IMG/VR virus record: IMGVR_UViG_3300017565_000024
Location: 1-49,555 of that record
DNA length: 49,555 nt
Strand: one strand, 5' to 3'
DNA from: a virus
Lineage: Duplodnaviria > Caudoviricetes
The first letter of the stretch is position 1, and every line of letters starts with the position of its first letter. This document shows positions 11,201 through 20,695 of this stretch, in pieces. Both the position numbers and the translations under genes were made by a program. The notes beneath the pieces are model-generated. The model did no database searches. It was not told where the DNA came from and was given only the letters and a program-made list of their open reading frames with translations.

Positions 11201-12179
11201 CGAGCGCCAGCGCAAGATGCTGCTTGAGCAACGTACACAGCAGATCGATGCTTTACGTTCTGAAATGGATCGCATACGCGAGCAAGCTGCCGAGAAAAAA
11301 GAAGCCTTACAAGAAGAATTGGCGGCCAAGAAGCAGCACGAACAGGATAAGGCTACGGCAGTGGAGACATCCCTCAAGGAGCAGATGGATGCCACCAAGA
11401 CCCATTTTGCGGAACTCAACAGTGAAGAAGCTTTGCAAGCGGAAGCGCGGCGGTTGGCGGTCGATAAAAACAACAAAGAACTTGTCGATCTGTTGAAAAC
11501 CTACAATCCGGAATGGCAGAATGCCGGGCAGTCGTTTGGCGAGAAGCTGCTGGAAGGGCTGAACAGCACCAAACAGAGCATTCAATCGGCGGTAAATGAG
11601 ATGCTGGCAATGGTCGGGAAAGTGAATGTGGCGAATGAGTCAGCATACCTGAATAGCTTGATTCAGACGGGAGACGCCGGTCAGCAACGCTGGGCGATCA
11701 ACCAGGCGAAAGAATATGGGCTGCAAGTCGTTAATGGGGTTGTGCAAGGCGTTACTGCCGGCACGAAACAGGTGGTTAATGCAGCGAACTCCCTCGCAGA
11801 ATCGCTGGCAGAAGGCATTAAAGACGCCTTGCAGATCAAGTCACCATCTCGCGTCATGGTCGCAATCGGCAAGTTTATCGGGCAGGGGCTTGCCATTGGC
11901 ATGGAAGGACAGGTTAACGCAGTGGCAAGGGCGGCAGACGAAATTGCGGATGCAGCGGACATTGAAATGTGGTCCGCGAATGTGCCTGACGCATCGTTGC
12001 CGCAGTATCGCCAAGGCAGCGTGATTGCTTCCGCAGCGGATGAACTAGCGAGCAGAGAACAACCGCATATCACATTGCGAGTGCCGGTATACTTGGATGG
12101 CAAAATAGTAACGGAGGTTGTATCTGAGCATCAGGCCGGCAACACATCATTATCATATCGATTGGAGGGGGCGACATGA
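8202..12179 (+). CDS. Tape measure protein (TP901-like core)
   Basis: 1325 aa with FESAFAGVRKT, periodic W/F repeats, and two SPSK/SPSR motifs. Confidence 0.95.
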   Translation: MSLLGNLTVGILGNMSGLSGSLNDSQTAVQKFAANVNDLGKSITSLGADLSLLVTGPLVALGGVSIKAASDFESAFAGVRKTVDATEAEMEGFRAGIRDMAKNMPQAATEIAKVAEAAGQLGIQNDAILGFTKTMVNMGVATNMSSEDAAMALARLATITNMNQQDFDRLGATIVGLGNNLAATESEIVEMGLRIAGAGNVVGMTEAQILGFSGALAAVGINAEAGGSAFSNLMIKIANEVAVGGKGLEGFAKAAGMSSAEFQEAFRDDAATAIVTFIEGLGKIDAAGGNVFETLSDLGLSEIRLRDALLRSAGAGDTMRNALELGSRAWEENSALTNEAAQRYETFESRIQIFKNRLQDIAITLGDALMPAFLSALEAAQPFIDMLEQAARWFTELYPSMQTTIITVAALAAALGPLLLVIGPIITSISALMPVLAAIVSPVGIVVAAIAGLTAGLVYLYKTNDEVRDKLDAAWAWIKNAAVVAFDAIKLAVQTVFDWIKAFWDRWGGEITAFFRSAWELVSSVFSAAIEIIRSYIQMVFGAIKEFWNKWGDDITAAFNIYLNFIKTLWSNIFKGIWDFIKFLFNEIKAFWDKWGGTIVQAFKDTFEILKIVWSNVFDGVFRAVKFVFGLIKEFWDTWGGTITVWFKTTFNNVKAIIEFVWDTIKIVIDTAIGVISNIIKLFLSILKGDWEGAWDAIEGVARSVWDGIKNLFGNVLETMKTIGKNIIQGLINGIGAMKDAVVNKAKDVAKSIGDGIKNFFGIASPSKLTTGYGENISEGLAVGIEKKSKKAEAAAKKAATATNKAFTEALKDTQYQFEMGNIDTSEYVAALEKVKETYAKTAEHIRKVDLEINSVQSSVAKTMQKDADQLYNDMVRNIDKIGSAITAALKRRYAEEEAAITASLQKQVEKHKEASAAIIDGYDKEYKAKIKTLDFETQQALKLLQDQIDGINGQTKAEEKELEEQAYQKKLAEKQKALAAATSADEIAKITTELNDMITERQRKMLLEQRTQQIDALRSEMDRIREQAAEKKEALQEELAAKKQHEQDKATAVETSLKEQMDATKTHFAELNSEEALQAEARRLAVDKNNKELVDLLKTYNPEWQNAGQSFGEKLLEGLNSTKQSIQSAVNEMLAMVGKVNVANESAYLNSLIQTGDAGQQRWAINQAKEYGLQVVNGVVQGVTAGTKQVVNAANSLAESLAEGIKDALQIKSPSRVMVAIGKFIGQGLAIGMEGQVNAVARAADEIADAADIEMWSANVPDASLPQYRQGSVIASAADELASREQPHITLRVPVYLDGKIVTEVVSEHQAGNTSLSYRLEGAT

Positions 12180-12763
12180 GCATAACCCTTGGGGGAGTGC
12201 GCGACATTAATTTGGGGTTCCGCGTGTTGGAGGAGTCGGAGGAACCCCTAATCCCCTCCACGCGCGATAAAACGATGCAGATTGATGGCAAGCATGGCTT
12301 GTATGACTTCGGTGCCGAACTGGAGCCAAAGCCGTTTACGTACAAATGCGCCTTCATCCCCAATGGCACTGACTATACTAACGTGTCCGCTGTAGAGCTT
12401 CAGCGCCTTGTGAGGAGGCTTGCCCAACACCTCACTGATCAATACGGCAGACCACGTTACATTAAGTTGCAGAGGGATTGGGAGCCCGACAAATACTATA
12501 TAGCAAGATACAGTGGATCAGCCCCATTAGAGCGTATTGCATACAGCTCTTTGGGGCTTTTTACGTTGCCGCTGATTGCCTTCGATCCCTTTGCCTATGC
12601 CAATGTTGACCAGATTTTTCAGGATGTCATTACGGCTTCGCCGTACACCTTACTTATCGAGAGCGCCGGGAATGTTAGTACCCCGGTTCTTATTGAGTTG
12701 GTCAATGAGGGCAGCCAGACAATAACAAACTTTGCCTTACAGGTAGAGTACAGAGTGGAGTGA
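12176..12763 (+). CDS. Distal tail protein (Dit), N-terminal part
   Basis: Follows the TMP, with IDGKHGLYDFG, EPDKYYIARYSG and FDPFAY motifs. Confidence 0.8.
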   Translation: MSITLGGVRDINLGFRVLEESEEPLIPSTRDKTMQIDGKHGLYDFGAELEPKPFTYKCAFIPNGTDYTNVSAVELQRLVRRLAQHLTDQYGRPRYIKLQRDWEPDKYYIARYSGSAPLERIAYSSLGLFTLPLIAFDPFAYANVDQIFQDVITASPYTLLIESAGNVSTPVLIELVNEGSQTITNFALQVEYRVE

Positions 12764-12767
12764 TATT

Positions 12768-13145
12768 ATGGGATTTTCTAACGCGCGGGCGATAGCAATC
12801 CTTAACCAAGAGTTTCGCACAGGCACAGTCTTTCTGGCGCTCTATACGACAAGCCCCACCGCCGCAGATACCGGCACGGAGGTAAGTGGCGGGGCATACG
12901 TTAGGCAGCCTATCACATTTAGTGTTCCAGCGGTTGAGGCGGGGCAGCAGACAATAAAAAACCTTGCCGAAATCTTGTTTCCCATTGCTACCGCTGATTG
13001 GGGTACGATTACTCATTTTGGCATACGGACTGCTGCAACGGCAGGCACACTTATTACGTTTGGGGCGTTACAAAACGCCAGGACGATTAATGCCGGCGAA
13101 CGCCTCACATTGACAATCGGCAACGGCGTACTGAGGCTGAGCTAA
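12768..13145 (+). CDS. Small baseplate / tail protein
   Basis: FLALYTTSPT...EVSGGAYVRQPITF...WGTITHFGI, a recurrent phage tail family. Confidence 0.75.
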   Translation: MGFSNARAIAILNQEFRTGTVFLALYTTSPTAADTGTEVSGGAYVRQPITFSVPAVEAGQQTIKNLAEILFPIATADWGTITHFGIRTAATAGTLITFGALQNARTINAGERLTLTIGNGVLRLS

Positions 13146-13663
13146 TGTTTGACACAGGGCAATTCGACAATATGCCATTCGATCGAATCTATGAAATTCA
13201 AATATTTGGTTCGTTCGATGTCTCGATGCAGCTATCGTCTACGATGCAAATTTACGCCCAATACTTTATGGCATTTGACGTTTCCCAGCAGCTCATGGAC
13301 GGCTTCTCTTTTGTGCGTGATAAACTAGCGAGTTTTTTGATCGAACAATCTTTGTCCACGGATTTTGCAGCAGGGAAAGAGTCATATGGCTCTTTTGAAG
13401 TCGAAATGAAGCTTGGAACAATGGTAGAGTTTGGGAAGAACCGAGTCGAAATGATATCGTTTGTTGGGGAGTTTACGCCTGGCAGCAAGATCATTATCGA
13501 TAGCGACAAGCTCAAATTCATGATGAATAACCAGAACGCTCTGCATCTAATGCAGGGCGATTTTTTTGATCTGAACACCGGCACGAACGAAATACTTTAC
13601 ACCGATGACCAGAGCGGGCGCACGGTCCGGCTGCGGCTGACGCATCGCGATCGCTTTGTATAG
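13145..13663 (+). CDS. Tail protein carrying a Dit-like C-terminus
   Basis: Ends IIIDS...GDFFDLNTGTNEILY...HRDRFV, typical of siphophage Dit C-termini. Confidence 0.65.
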   Translation: MFDTGQFDNMPFDRIYEIQIFGSFDVSMQLSSTMQIYAQYFMAFDVSQQLMDGFSFVRDKLASFLIEQSLSTDFAAGKESYGSFEVEMKLGTMVEFGKNRVEMISFVGEFTPGSKIIIDSDKLKFMMNNQNALHLMQGDFFDLNTGTNEILYTDDQSGRTVRLRLTHRDRFV

Positions 13664-13671
13664 GAGGGCAT

Positions 13672-15561
13672 ATGCGCAAATCAAGCATCACCATTTATGA
13701 CCTGAATATGAAGAAACTCGCCATGCTTGAGAATGCAACGAACATCGGGTATGAAACCCCAATGAATACCGTCTGGTCTGCGAGTTTCGAAATGCCTCTG
13801 GATGATCCAAAGAACGAATATTGCCGGCCGTTTCATTATGTTGAGCTGTGGGACGGCAACGAACGCCTTGAACTGTTTCGCATCCTGCCACAGACGGCGC
13901 AGCGGACCGAGCAAACCCAAGTCATCAAGTACACTTGTGAGCATGTGCTGGCGACGCTGCTGGACGACGTGCTCTTTCAGTACCATCAAATCGGCAACCT
14001 TGGGGTTTATACATCCGATGTGCTCCAGTACATCTTGAGCAAGCAAACCACGGAGCGTTGGCAGCTTGGAACTGTGGATTTCGCAAGGCAATTTGAATAT
14101 TCGTGGGAGAACGCCGGTCTGTTGGCTGCGCTGTTCAGTGTCCCGAAGGTGTTTGCCGAGGACTACCAATGGACATTTGACACCCGGGTTTACCCTTGGA
14201 AGCTTAATCTTGTACGTCCAGCCGAACAGGTGCAGGCATACATTCGGTACGGCAAAAACATGCGCGGCATTTCAAAAACCGAGGACCCAAGCAACCTTGT
14301 CAATCGCATATATGCGCTGGGATATGGGGAGGGAGTAAACCAACTCAACTTCGCGGACATCAATGGTGGATTGCCCTACATCCAAGACAACGCCTCAATT
14401 ACCCGTTATGGGGTTAAGGCGCACGTATGGGCAGACAGGCGCTTTACGAGCGCTGAGACGCTGCTGGCGAGGTCTGAGGCGATGCTCGCAGAATCCAAAG
14501 ACCCCCGCCTATCATATACGGTGAGCGCTTCGGAACTTTACGCTTTAACCAGCGATCCGGTGGACCGGTTTCGTACAGGAACGCTTGTGCGTGTCCAAGA
14601 CCCCGATATAGGCGACGTGATTGTTAGGGTGGTAAATGTCAGCAAGCGCAACGTAAGAGGCGCACCGGGCGACGTAGAGCTTGAGATAGCGAACCGGCAG
14701 CAAACCATAAGCGGGACATTCAACGACCTACAGAACCGCATGAAGATCGAGGAAGTGAACGCCCAAGGCGCTACCAATTTGTACGCCCAGCCTTTTGCCG
14801 ATAACTGCGACCCGACGCACCCCGCGGTTCTAAGGGTGTGGGTTCCGGAAGAAACGGCGCGGGTTAATAAACTGATGCTCTTTTATGAAGTAGAAGCATT
14901 TCGGGGCTATACGAGGTCATTGGCTGCGGCTCCTTCTACATCGAGTGGACCCAGCAGCACCAGCACAACAGCTTCTAACCCTACTCAGACAAGTGGACCG
15001 AGCAGCCTTGTTACAACAGGACCTAGTAGTAAAACCACCACATCAAGCGGTGGCGGATCTTTCCCGACTACGCGCACAAATTACTGGAGACTAAGTAACC
15101 CGGAACCTCTTCCGGCTGATTTCATGGAGTTGGCTGGAGACCCGCCTCACGCCCATGCAATGACTTCTGTTGCTCATGTTCATGACATAACGATTGATCC
15201 GCATTCGCACGAAATGGACCACACACACGGAATGGAACACGTTCACAGCGTACCGGGCCACACACATGACATGCCTCATACCCACCAGATACCGGCGCAT
15301 ACACATGGAATTGAGCACGGCATATATGAAGGTCCAACACCAACAGGGGTTACTCTAAGAGTAGATGGAAACGAAGTGCCTGGCGCTGGAGTAAGTGGAA
15401 GCAATGTGGACCTTGTGCCATTCCTTGAAAAGGACGATGAAGGCAAAATAAAAAGAGGTGCTTGGCATACGATTTCCATTGTGCCAAACAGCCTCGGAAG
15501 AATTGTTGCATCTGTTGTGTCTCAGGTTTTTGTGCAGAGTAGGGGTGGAGGGAACTATTGA
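13672..15561 (+). CDS. Baseplate hub / tail spike (Tal) with HxH needle region
   Basis: IRYGKNM..I, NRIYALG and SYTVS Tal motifs, plus eight HxH motifs at 15148-15318. Confidence 0.85.
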   Translation: MRKSSITIYDLNMKKLAMLENATNIGYETPMNTVWSASFEMPLDDPKNEYCRPFHYVELWDGNERLELFRILPQTAQRTEQTQVIKYTCEHVLATLLDDVLFQYHQIGNLGVYTSDVLQYILSKQTTERWQLGTVDFARQFEYSWENAGLLAALFSVPKVFAEDYQWTFDTRVYPWKLNLVRPAEQVQAYIRYGKNMRGISKTEDPSNLVNRIYALGYGEGVNQLNFADINGGLPYIQDNASITRYGVKAHVWADRRFTSAETLLARSEAMLAESKDPRLSYTVSASELYALTSDPVDRFRTGTLVRVQDPDIGDVIVRVVNVSKRNVRGAPGDVELEIANRQQTISGTFNDLQNRMKIEEVNAQGATNLYAQPFADNCDPTHPAVLRVWVPEETARVNKLMLFYEVEAFRGYTRSLAAAPSTSSGPSSTSTTASNPTQTSGPSSLVTTGPSSKTTTSSGGGSFPTTRTNYWRLSNPEPLPADFMELAGDPPHAHAMTSVAHVHDITIDPHSHEMDHTHGMEHVHSVPGHTHDMPHTHQIPAHTHGIEHGIYEGPTPTGVTLRVDGNEVPGAGVSGSNVDLVPFLEKDDEGKIKRGAWHTISIVPNSLGRIVASVVSQVFVQSRGGGNY

Positions 15562-15562
15562 A

Positions 15563-16108
15563 TTATTCAGTAACTATACTTTCGTCAACACTCTTAATGT
15601 CACTTTTATTAATAAATGTCCTTCCGTTGTATTGAATTAGCCTGATTTTCTTCCCGTCCAGCGAATCAACAACTAGTTCGCCATTTTCATTAAGTTCTGC
15701 CGCATCAAAAGAGAATAACACTCTTAAATCAGGTAGTACAAGAGAGAATAAGCTGCCTGTTGTAATTTGACCAGCAAAAGCATTGTTTTTAACAGCTAAA
15801 TCCTTGTAGCTTATCCATTCATCCAAGTCGATTTCCTGTATCACTTCATCCACTTCCTTTTTATTTAATATGATTGTATCTTGCTCAAAACCTACATCAT
15901 GCCCTAGCAGTCCTGCAATCTCTCTAACTGGCAAATACGATTTACCATCATAGACGAGCGGGGCTTGCTCCAACTTGGCAGGCTTATCGCCTATAACCAG
16001 TTTAAAGTCATTCCGAAACGTAGCCAATACCTTTTCGTTACTTGCGAGTGCGGTCATAGCTGAGCCGAGCAGCAGCCCGACGACCAAGCCAAGGATAAGC
16101 TTTTTCAT
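15563..16108 (-). CDS. Moron: secreted protein with copper-amine-oxidase-N-like (stalk) domain
   Basis: Signal peptide MKKLILGLVVGLLLGSAMTALA, YDGKSYLPVREIAGLLG motif and RBS GGAGG. Lies opposite to the tail operon in AT-rich sequence. Confidence 0.75.
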   Translation of the reverse strand: MKKLILGLVVGLLLGSAMTALASNEKVLATFRNDFKLVIGDKPAKLEQAPLVYDGKSYLPVREIAGLLGHDVGFEQDTIILNKKEVDEVIQEIDLDEWISYKDLAVKNNAFAGQITTGSLFSLVLPDLRVLFSFDAAELNENGELVVDSLDGKKIRLIQYNGRTFINKSDIKSVDESIVTE

Positions 16109-16196
16109 CATCAAACCTCCTGTTTTTTTATTTTGAGTATACCATATATTACCGAACCCCGACCCTTTTGGTTGCGGGTTATTCGCATATAAGGAG

Positions 16197-16532
16197 ATGG
16201 GTAAAGGGATGGACATAGAAGAAATCAAAAAGATGGATGCTGTGAGGGCGAAGGCGCAAGAGATGCTAGACCTTATGTTTCCTGGCACTGATTATAAGCT
16301 AACGGTAACGATAGGTAGACGAGATTGGGCGTATGATCATAGAACGCTGGAGTACATTCTGGGGCGGGACCTGCGTTGCTATGAAGACCAAATAAGGGAC
16401 CCGCACCATCATAACATTCCCGCGGGATTCGGATCATCTGAAATAGCTCAAGCAAAACCTCATAAGCGCGATCCACTACTAGGGCGCGAAACCGAGGTCA
16501 GACACAGTACCAATAAAGCAAGGAGGAAATAA
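16197..16532 (+). CDS. Hypothetical protein
   Basis: 111-aa ORF with RBS AAGGAG, ending immediately before the fibre gene. Confidence 0.55.
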   Translation: MGKGMDIEEIKKMDAVRAKAQEMLDLMFPGTDYKLTVTIGRRDWAYDHRTLEYILGRDLRCYEDQIRDPHHHNIPAGFGSSEIAQAKPHKRDPLLGRETEVRHSTNKARRK

Positions 16533-16533
16533 T

Positions 16534-19500
16534 GTGGAGCTTACAACAATGTACCCCGGTATGGTCGGTAGCCCTACCACTACACTAGCAGCAGCGATAA
16601 ATGACACCGTGACAACGATAACCGTTGTGGATGGCAATGCACTGCCGCCAGCTCCCAATATCATGGCACTGGTGAGTGGTGAGCAAGTTGAGGTAATCCT
16701 GTACGGCGCAAAGACGGGCAACACACTGAGCAGCGTAACCCGCGGCGTACGAGGTCAAGCGAGGAGCTGGGCGGTATCCGGCACCAAATGCGCTCGGAAT
16801 TTTACGTCGTTGGATTGGGACGCCATTAGGGAAAACTTTACGAAGCTCGCGGCGGACGGCAAGGAAGCCGCCAGCCTCCAGGCTAACCTCGTTCCTGGTC
16901 AAAACGTAGTCTTATCGGATAGGGCTACGCCTTTACAGGTAGCGGCGAGCGGGCGGACGTTGAGTAATAAAGTACCACCGCAGACCGCGCGGATGCTGGG
17001 AACGGTGAGCGGTCTCGGTGTCGCACAAGGATGGATTGAGTACGGTGTGACAGGCGTGACTTACTCTGTTACCACAGATACAGACGGGACTCGGCGGCAG
17101 CGTATTGAGGTAACGGGCGTCGCGAATTCCGCGATGGGGGTAATGAACGGAACCACAACAGTAGGCGGAATAGATGTAATGCCAGGTGAACAATATTTAT
17201 GTTTGGCAGAAGTTCAAACTACAAGAGCTTCCGCTGGTTTGATTGCCAGGGACTTAACCTCAGGAACGACTTTTGCACAAATCAATACGCCTATTACATC
17301 TAGTAATGCCACGGTAATTGCAGGCAGGATTACAATACCATCAGGTTGCAATCGCATTGCACTGTATGTCGCTGATCCCGTAACAACTGGAAGGGTTGTT
17401 GGCGACTATCTAACCGTTACAAAAGTCGCTATCTATCAAGTTGACACCGAAACTTACGCAAAAATCGGTAGCGATCCCGAGTACACCGGCGATAAGCTGA
17501 CGGCGAAGTTTCCGTATGTTGACGGCACTCAGCATACGCAAGGGCTGGCGCTGCTGCATCCGGGGCATAACCTAATGGGCGGCATTCCGTCACAAGTCCA
17601 TGCCAACGCGGTGATTAACGGTCAATATGATATGACACTTAATGCAACGGCAGCAAATCAATGGACGCAACAGTCTATAGGCGTTATGGCCGGGCAATCA
17701 TACTTTTTTAAGGTAACAGCACCGTCTGCTATCAGCAGAGTTTATATTAACTCATATAATGCCAGCGGAACACAGGTTGGATCGTCAATTGCTGTCACAG
17801 GCAGTGATCCAACTATCCCATTTACACCTGTCAGCGGTGTGGTGAGTGTAACAGTATTTTTTGGTTCATCTGTTGCGGGAACTGTTACTTTTAAAAATTG
17901 GATGTTAGTCATCGGAACCGCCGCCGATCTGCCGCCAAGCTTCGTCCCGCGGCAAGACCAGCTATGGACGCTTTCCGCAAAGCTGGCGGGGGGTATCGTT
18001 GGGCTGCCATCCGATCAGTACGACAGCCGTACCCGAGTGCTGACGGAGTTTTGGGAAAAGGACGTATCTCTCGGAGGTTCCCGCACTTGGGCATTTACGC
18101 AGTCTCATACCGGATTCAAACGGGTGCAAACGTCATTAGCAGCCGTTCCTGGTCGAGACGCATCGCAACTGGTATCCAAGTATGACGGCAAACCGCTAAT
18201 GCCTGCCGCAAGTGGCGGGTATAACGGACCTGATTACGCTCGCCTATCGGGTAATAACTTGTTTATAACGATTGCCGTGGCAGATAGCGGTTGGGGCGAG
18301 GACTATACGCCGTTAGCGGCTGAGATATCGGCTTATTTTTTCGGCTGGAAGATGAATAACGGCACTTTCGGGACGCCTTATAACGGTAGCGGTACAAAGA
18401 CATGGACGCGCTGGGACGCAACAAATAATACAGGAGCTGTTACGTCAGTACCAACCGTGCTGGCGACGGACTACCCCGGTTATTTGATGAGTTACGTCCG
18501 CGCCACGCCAAAAGTCACGGAGGTCGGTACGCCAGGCATATCGCTGCATCCCGGACCAAATAGCATGGAGGTAATGGCAGGGGTGATTTGGAGGAAGAAA
18601 GTAACACCAGCCCCCAATGCAGATGGCACATGGATGGAAATTAATTCACCTTTACGCGATCCGGTTCAATTTTTGGAGTATGGTGCAACCAAAATCTTGG
18701 GGATTTACAAAGGGATGGATGACGAAACTTCAGCATGGACGATTCGCCCGATTGGTTACAACCTGACGGAGCGAGGAGAAAGGGCGCTAATCCCGATAGC
18801 GGACTACGACCCCGACGCTGACTACTACGTCACCTATCAAGTCCTCGACCGCTACGCCTATACCGCCATCCCCTCAACGGTCGCGATCCGGTATGAGGCG
18901 AGCCTGGGCAGCGTAGTCGGTCAACTGGTGGAGGATACCGCCAAGCTGCAAACGCATGACGTTGTGCAAGACGCAGCTATCGATTGGGTAGAGGCGCACG
19001 GCGATAATACGCGGTTTGACCTCGATGCCCACACGGCAGACAACGTAAAGCATATCACCGCTGCCGAGCGGACGGCGTGGAATGCAAAGGCGTCTACGGC
19101 GGTCGCCACAATCTCAGCTAACGGGCTGATGGGTTCCACGGACAAGGCGAAGTTGGACGGTATTGGGGCGGGGGCGCAGGCGAATCGCGCAATTGCTACG
19201 CAGGCGCAGGCCGAGGCAGGAATAGACAATGGAACGGATATGACGCCGCTGCGGACTGCCCAGGCTGTTGCCGTAAAGACCGGCGATCTTGCTGCTCTAC
19301 AAACCACGACCAAGTCAACGCTTGTAGGAGCGGTAAACGAGCTTTTTACATCTGTCAGTGACGGTAAGTCTCGTATTGCCGCCGCGATCACTGACAGGGG
19401 CGGTACAGTGGCGGCGAACGCACCATTCGCAACATTGGAAGCGAGTATTAGAGCTTTGCCAGCGGTACAGGCAGGAGCGTTATGGACTGTCCGTTCGACG

Positions 19501-20337
19501 CCAGTAAACCTTTCATGGCGTTCTGTTTGTTATGGCAACGGTTTGTTTGTAGCAGTGGCAGTTGGCGGTACCGGAAATGGGGTCATGACCTCTCCAGACG
19601 GCATCACATGGACAAGCCGAGTAAGTGCGGCAGATAGCGGCTGGCAATCCGTTTGTTATGGTAATGGGCTTTTTGTAGCTGTAGCGATTACTGGAACAAC
19701 TCGTGTAATGACATCCCCTGACGGCATTAATTGGACTATACGTTCAAGTGCAAGCAATTCTTGGTATGGGGTTTGCTACGGAAATGGCTTATTTGTGGCA
19801 GTAGCCGATTCCGGTAGTAACCGGGTCATGACCTCTCCAGACGGCATCACATGGACAAGCCGGACAAGCGCAAGTTACTCTTGGAATTCTGTCTGCTACG
19901 GAAATGGTCTGTTTGTGGCAGTTGGGTCTTCATCTAGAATCATGACCTCACCCGACGGCATTACTTGGACCGAACGTACAAGTTCGGTCACTGGGAGTTG
20001 GAATTCTGTCTGCTACGGAAATGGTCTGTTTGTGGCAGTTGGGTATTCCAAGATTATGACCTCGCCGGACGGAATAAATTGGACCGAACGAACGAGTCCA
20101 AATGCAAACTATTGGTCAGCGGTCTACTACGGCAATGGCTTGTTTGTAGCTACCGGTGGCACCTCCGAAAGTACAGATGAACGAATAATGACCTCACCAG
20201 ACGGGATAAATTGGATTATTCGATCCGCTCCAACAGCTAACGTTTGGTCGGCTGTATGCTTCGGCAATGGCGCTTTTGTATCGGTAAGCCAAACGGGTAC
20301 TGGTAATCGCGCCATGTCATCGCACCAAATTTTGTAG
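16534..20337 (+). CDS. Tail fibre / receptor-binding protein with C-terminal 7-repeat beta-propeller
   Basis: Fibre motifs HITAAERTAWNAK and GLMGSTDKAKLDGI, plus seven W.SVCYGNGLFVA...MTSPDGI.W repeats. Confidence 0.88.
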   Translation: MELTTMYPGMVGSPTTTLAAAINDTVTTITVVDGNALPPAPNIMALVSGEQVEVILYGAKTGNTLSSVTRGVRGQARSWAVSGTKCARNFTSLDWDAIRENFTKLAADGKEAASLQANLVPGQNVVLSDRATPLQVAASGRTLSNKVPPQTARMLGTVSGLGVAQGWIEYGVTGVTYSVTTDTDGTRRQRIEVTGVANSAMGVMNGTTTVGGIDVMPGEQYLCLAEVQTTRASAGLIARDLTSGTTFAQINTPITSSNATVIAGRITIPSGCNRIALYVADPVTTGRVVGDYLTVTKVAIYQVDTETYAKIGSDPEYTGDKLTAKFPYVDGTQHTQGLALLHPGHNLMGGIPSQVHANAVINGQYDMTLNATAANQWTQQSIGVMAGQSYFFKVTAPSAISRVYINSYNASGTQVGSSIAVTGSDPTIPFTPVSGVVSVTVFFGSSVAGTVTFKNWMLVIGTAADLPPSFVPRQDQLWTLSAKLAGGIVGLPSDQYDSRTRVLTEFWEKDVSLGGSRTWAFTQSHTGFKRVQTSLAAVPGRDASQLVSKYDGKPLMPAASGGYNGPDYARLSGNNLFITIAVADSGWGEDYTPLAAEISAYFFGWKMNNGTFGTPYNGSGTKTWTRWDATNNTGAVTSVPTVLATDYPGYLMSYVRATPKVTEVGTPGISLHPGPNSMEVMAGVIWRKKVTPAPNADGTWMEINSPLRDPVQFLEYGATKILGIYKGMDDETSAWTIRPIGYNLTERGERALIPIADYDPDADYYVTYQVLDRYAYTAIPSTVAIRYEASLGSVVGQLVEDTAKLQTHDVVQDAAIDWVEAHGDNTRFDLDAHTADNVKHITAAERTAWNAKASTAVATISANGLMGSTDKAKLDGIGAGAQANRAIATQAQAEAGIDNGTDMTPLRTAQAVAVKTGDLAALQTTTKSTLVGAVNELFTSVSDGKSRIAAAITDRGGTVAANAPFATLEASIRALPAVQAGALWTVRSTPVNLSWRSVCYGNGLFVAVAVGGTGNGVMTSPDGITWTSRVSAADSGWQSVCYGNGLFVAVAITGTTRVMTSPDGINWTIRSSASNSWYGVCYGNGLFVAVADSGSNRVMTSPDGITWTSRTSASYSWNSVCYGNGLFVAVGSSSRIMTSPDGITWTERTSSVTGSWNSVCYGNGLFVAVGYSKIMTSPDGINWTERTSPNANYWSAVYYGNGLFVATGGTSESTDERIMTSPDGINWIIRSAPTANVWSAVCFGNGAFVSVSQTGTGNRAMSSHQIL
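19480..20330 (+). repeat. Seven ~40-codon tandem coding repeats
   Basis: Includes identical 40-bp (19580-19619 = 19823-19862) and 47-bp (19881-19927 = 19998-20044) stretches. Confidence 0.9.
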
Positions 20338-20347
20338 TAGATTACGG

Positions 20348-20367
20348 GAGCCCTTCGGGGCTCTTTT
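20348..20367 (+). terminator. Rho-independent terminator
   Basis: GAGCCC-TTCG-GGGCTC-TTTT. Confidence 0.8.
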
Positions 20368-20387
20368 ATATGGGGGAGGGCGGTACA

Positions 20388-20681
20388 TTGGGGCAGGAAA
20401 TGCAAACCCTAAATGACATTGCCGTAAAGGTGGGGCGATTAGAAGTTATGCAAGAAAACAATACCCGCGCCATCAGTGATATGGCAATAAGTGTGAACAA
20501 ACTTGTGGATAAATTGGATAAGTCAGATGATGTTGCGAAAAATGCTGGAACCTTGGCATTAAAGGCAAATGAAAGGTTGGACAAGATCGAGGACAATCAA
20601 AAGTATTTGTGGCGCACTGTCATTGGAGCCGTGCTTATAGCTTTAGTGACATTTATATTAAAAGGCGGCTTAACGCCGTAG
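20388..20681 (+). CDS. XhlA-family holin-associated protein
   Basis: Coiled coil, then RLDKIEDNQKYLWRTVIGA and a C-terminal TM helix. First gene of the lysis cassette. Confidence 0.85.
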   Translation: MGQEMQTLNDIAVKVGRLEVMQENNTRAISDMAISVNKLVDKLDKSDDVAKNAGTLALKANERLDKIEDNQKYLWRTVIGAVLIALVTFILKGGLTP

Positions 20682-20695
20682 GGGAGAGATGATCA

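Noticed and set aside
25-15479. Numerous long antisense or overlapping ORFs in the structural region (e.g. 8177-8971, 1549-2145)
   Set aside because: These are shadow frames of well-supported + strand genes, with no RBS or recognisable motifs.
19480-20330. Diversity-generating retroelement acting on the fibre repeats
   Set aside because: No reverse transcriptase is present in the window. The repeats are all in-frame coding blades, and their differences are not confined to adenines.
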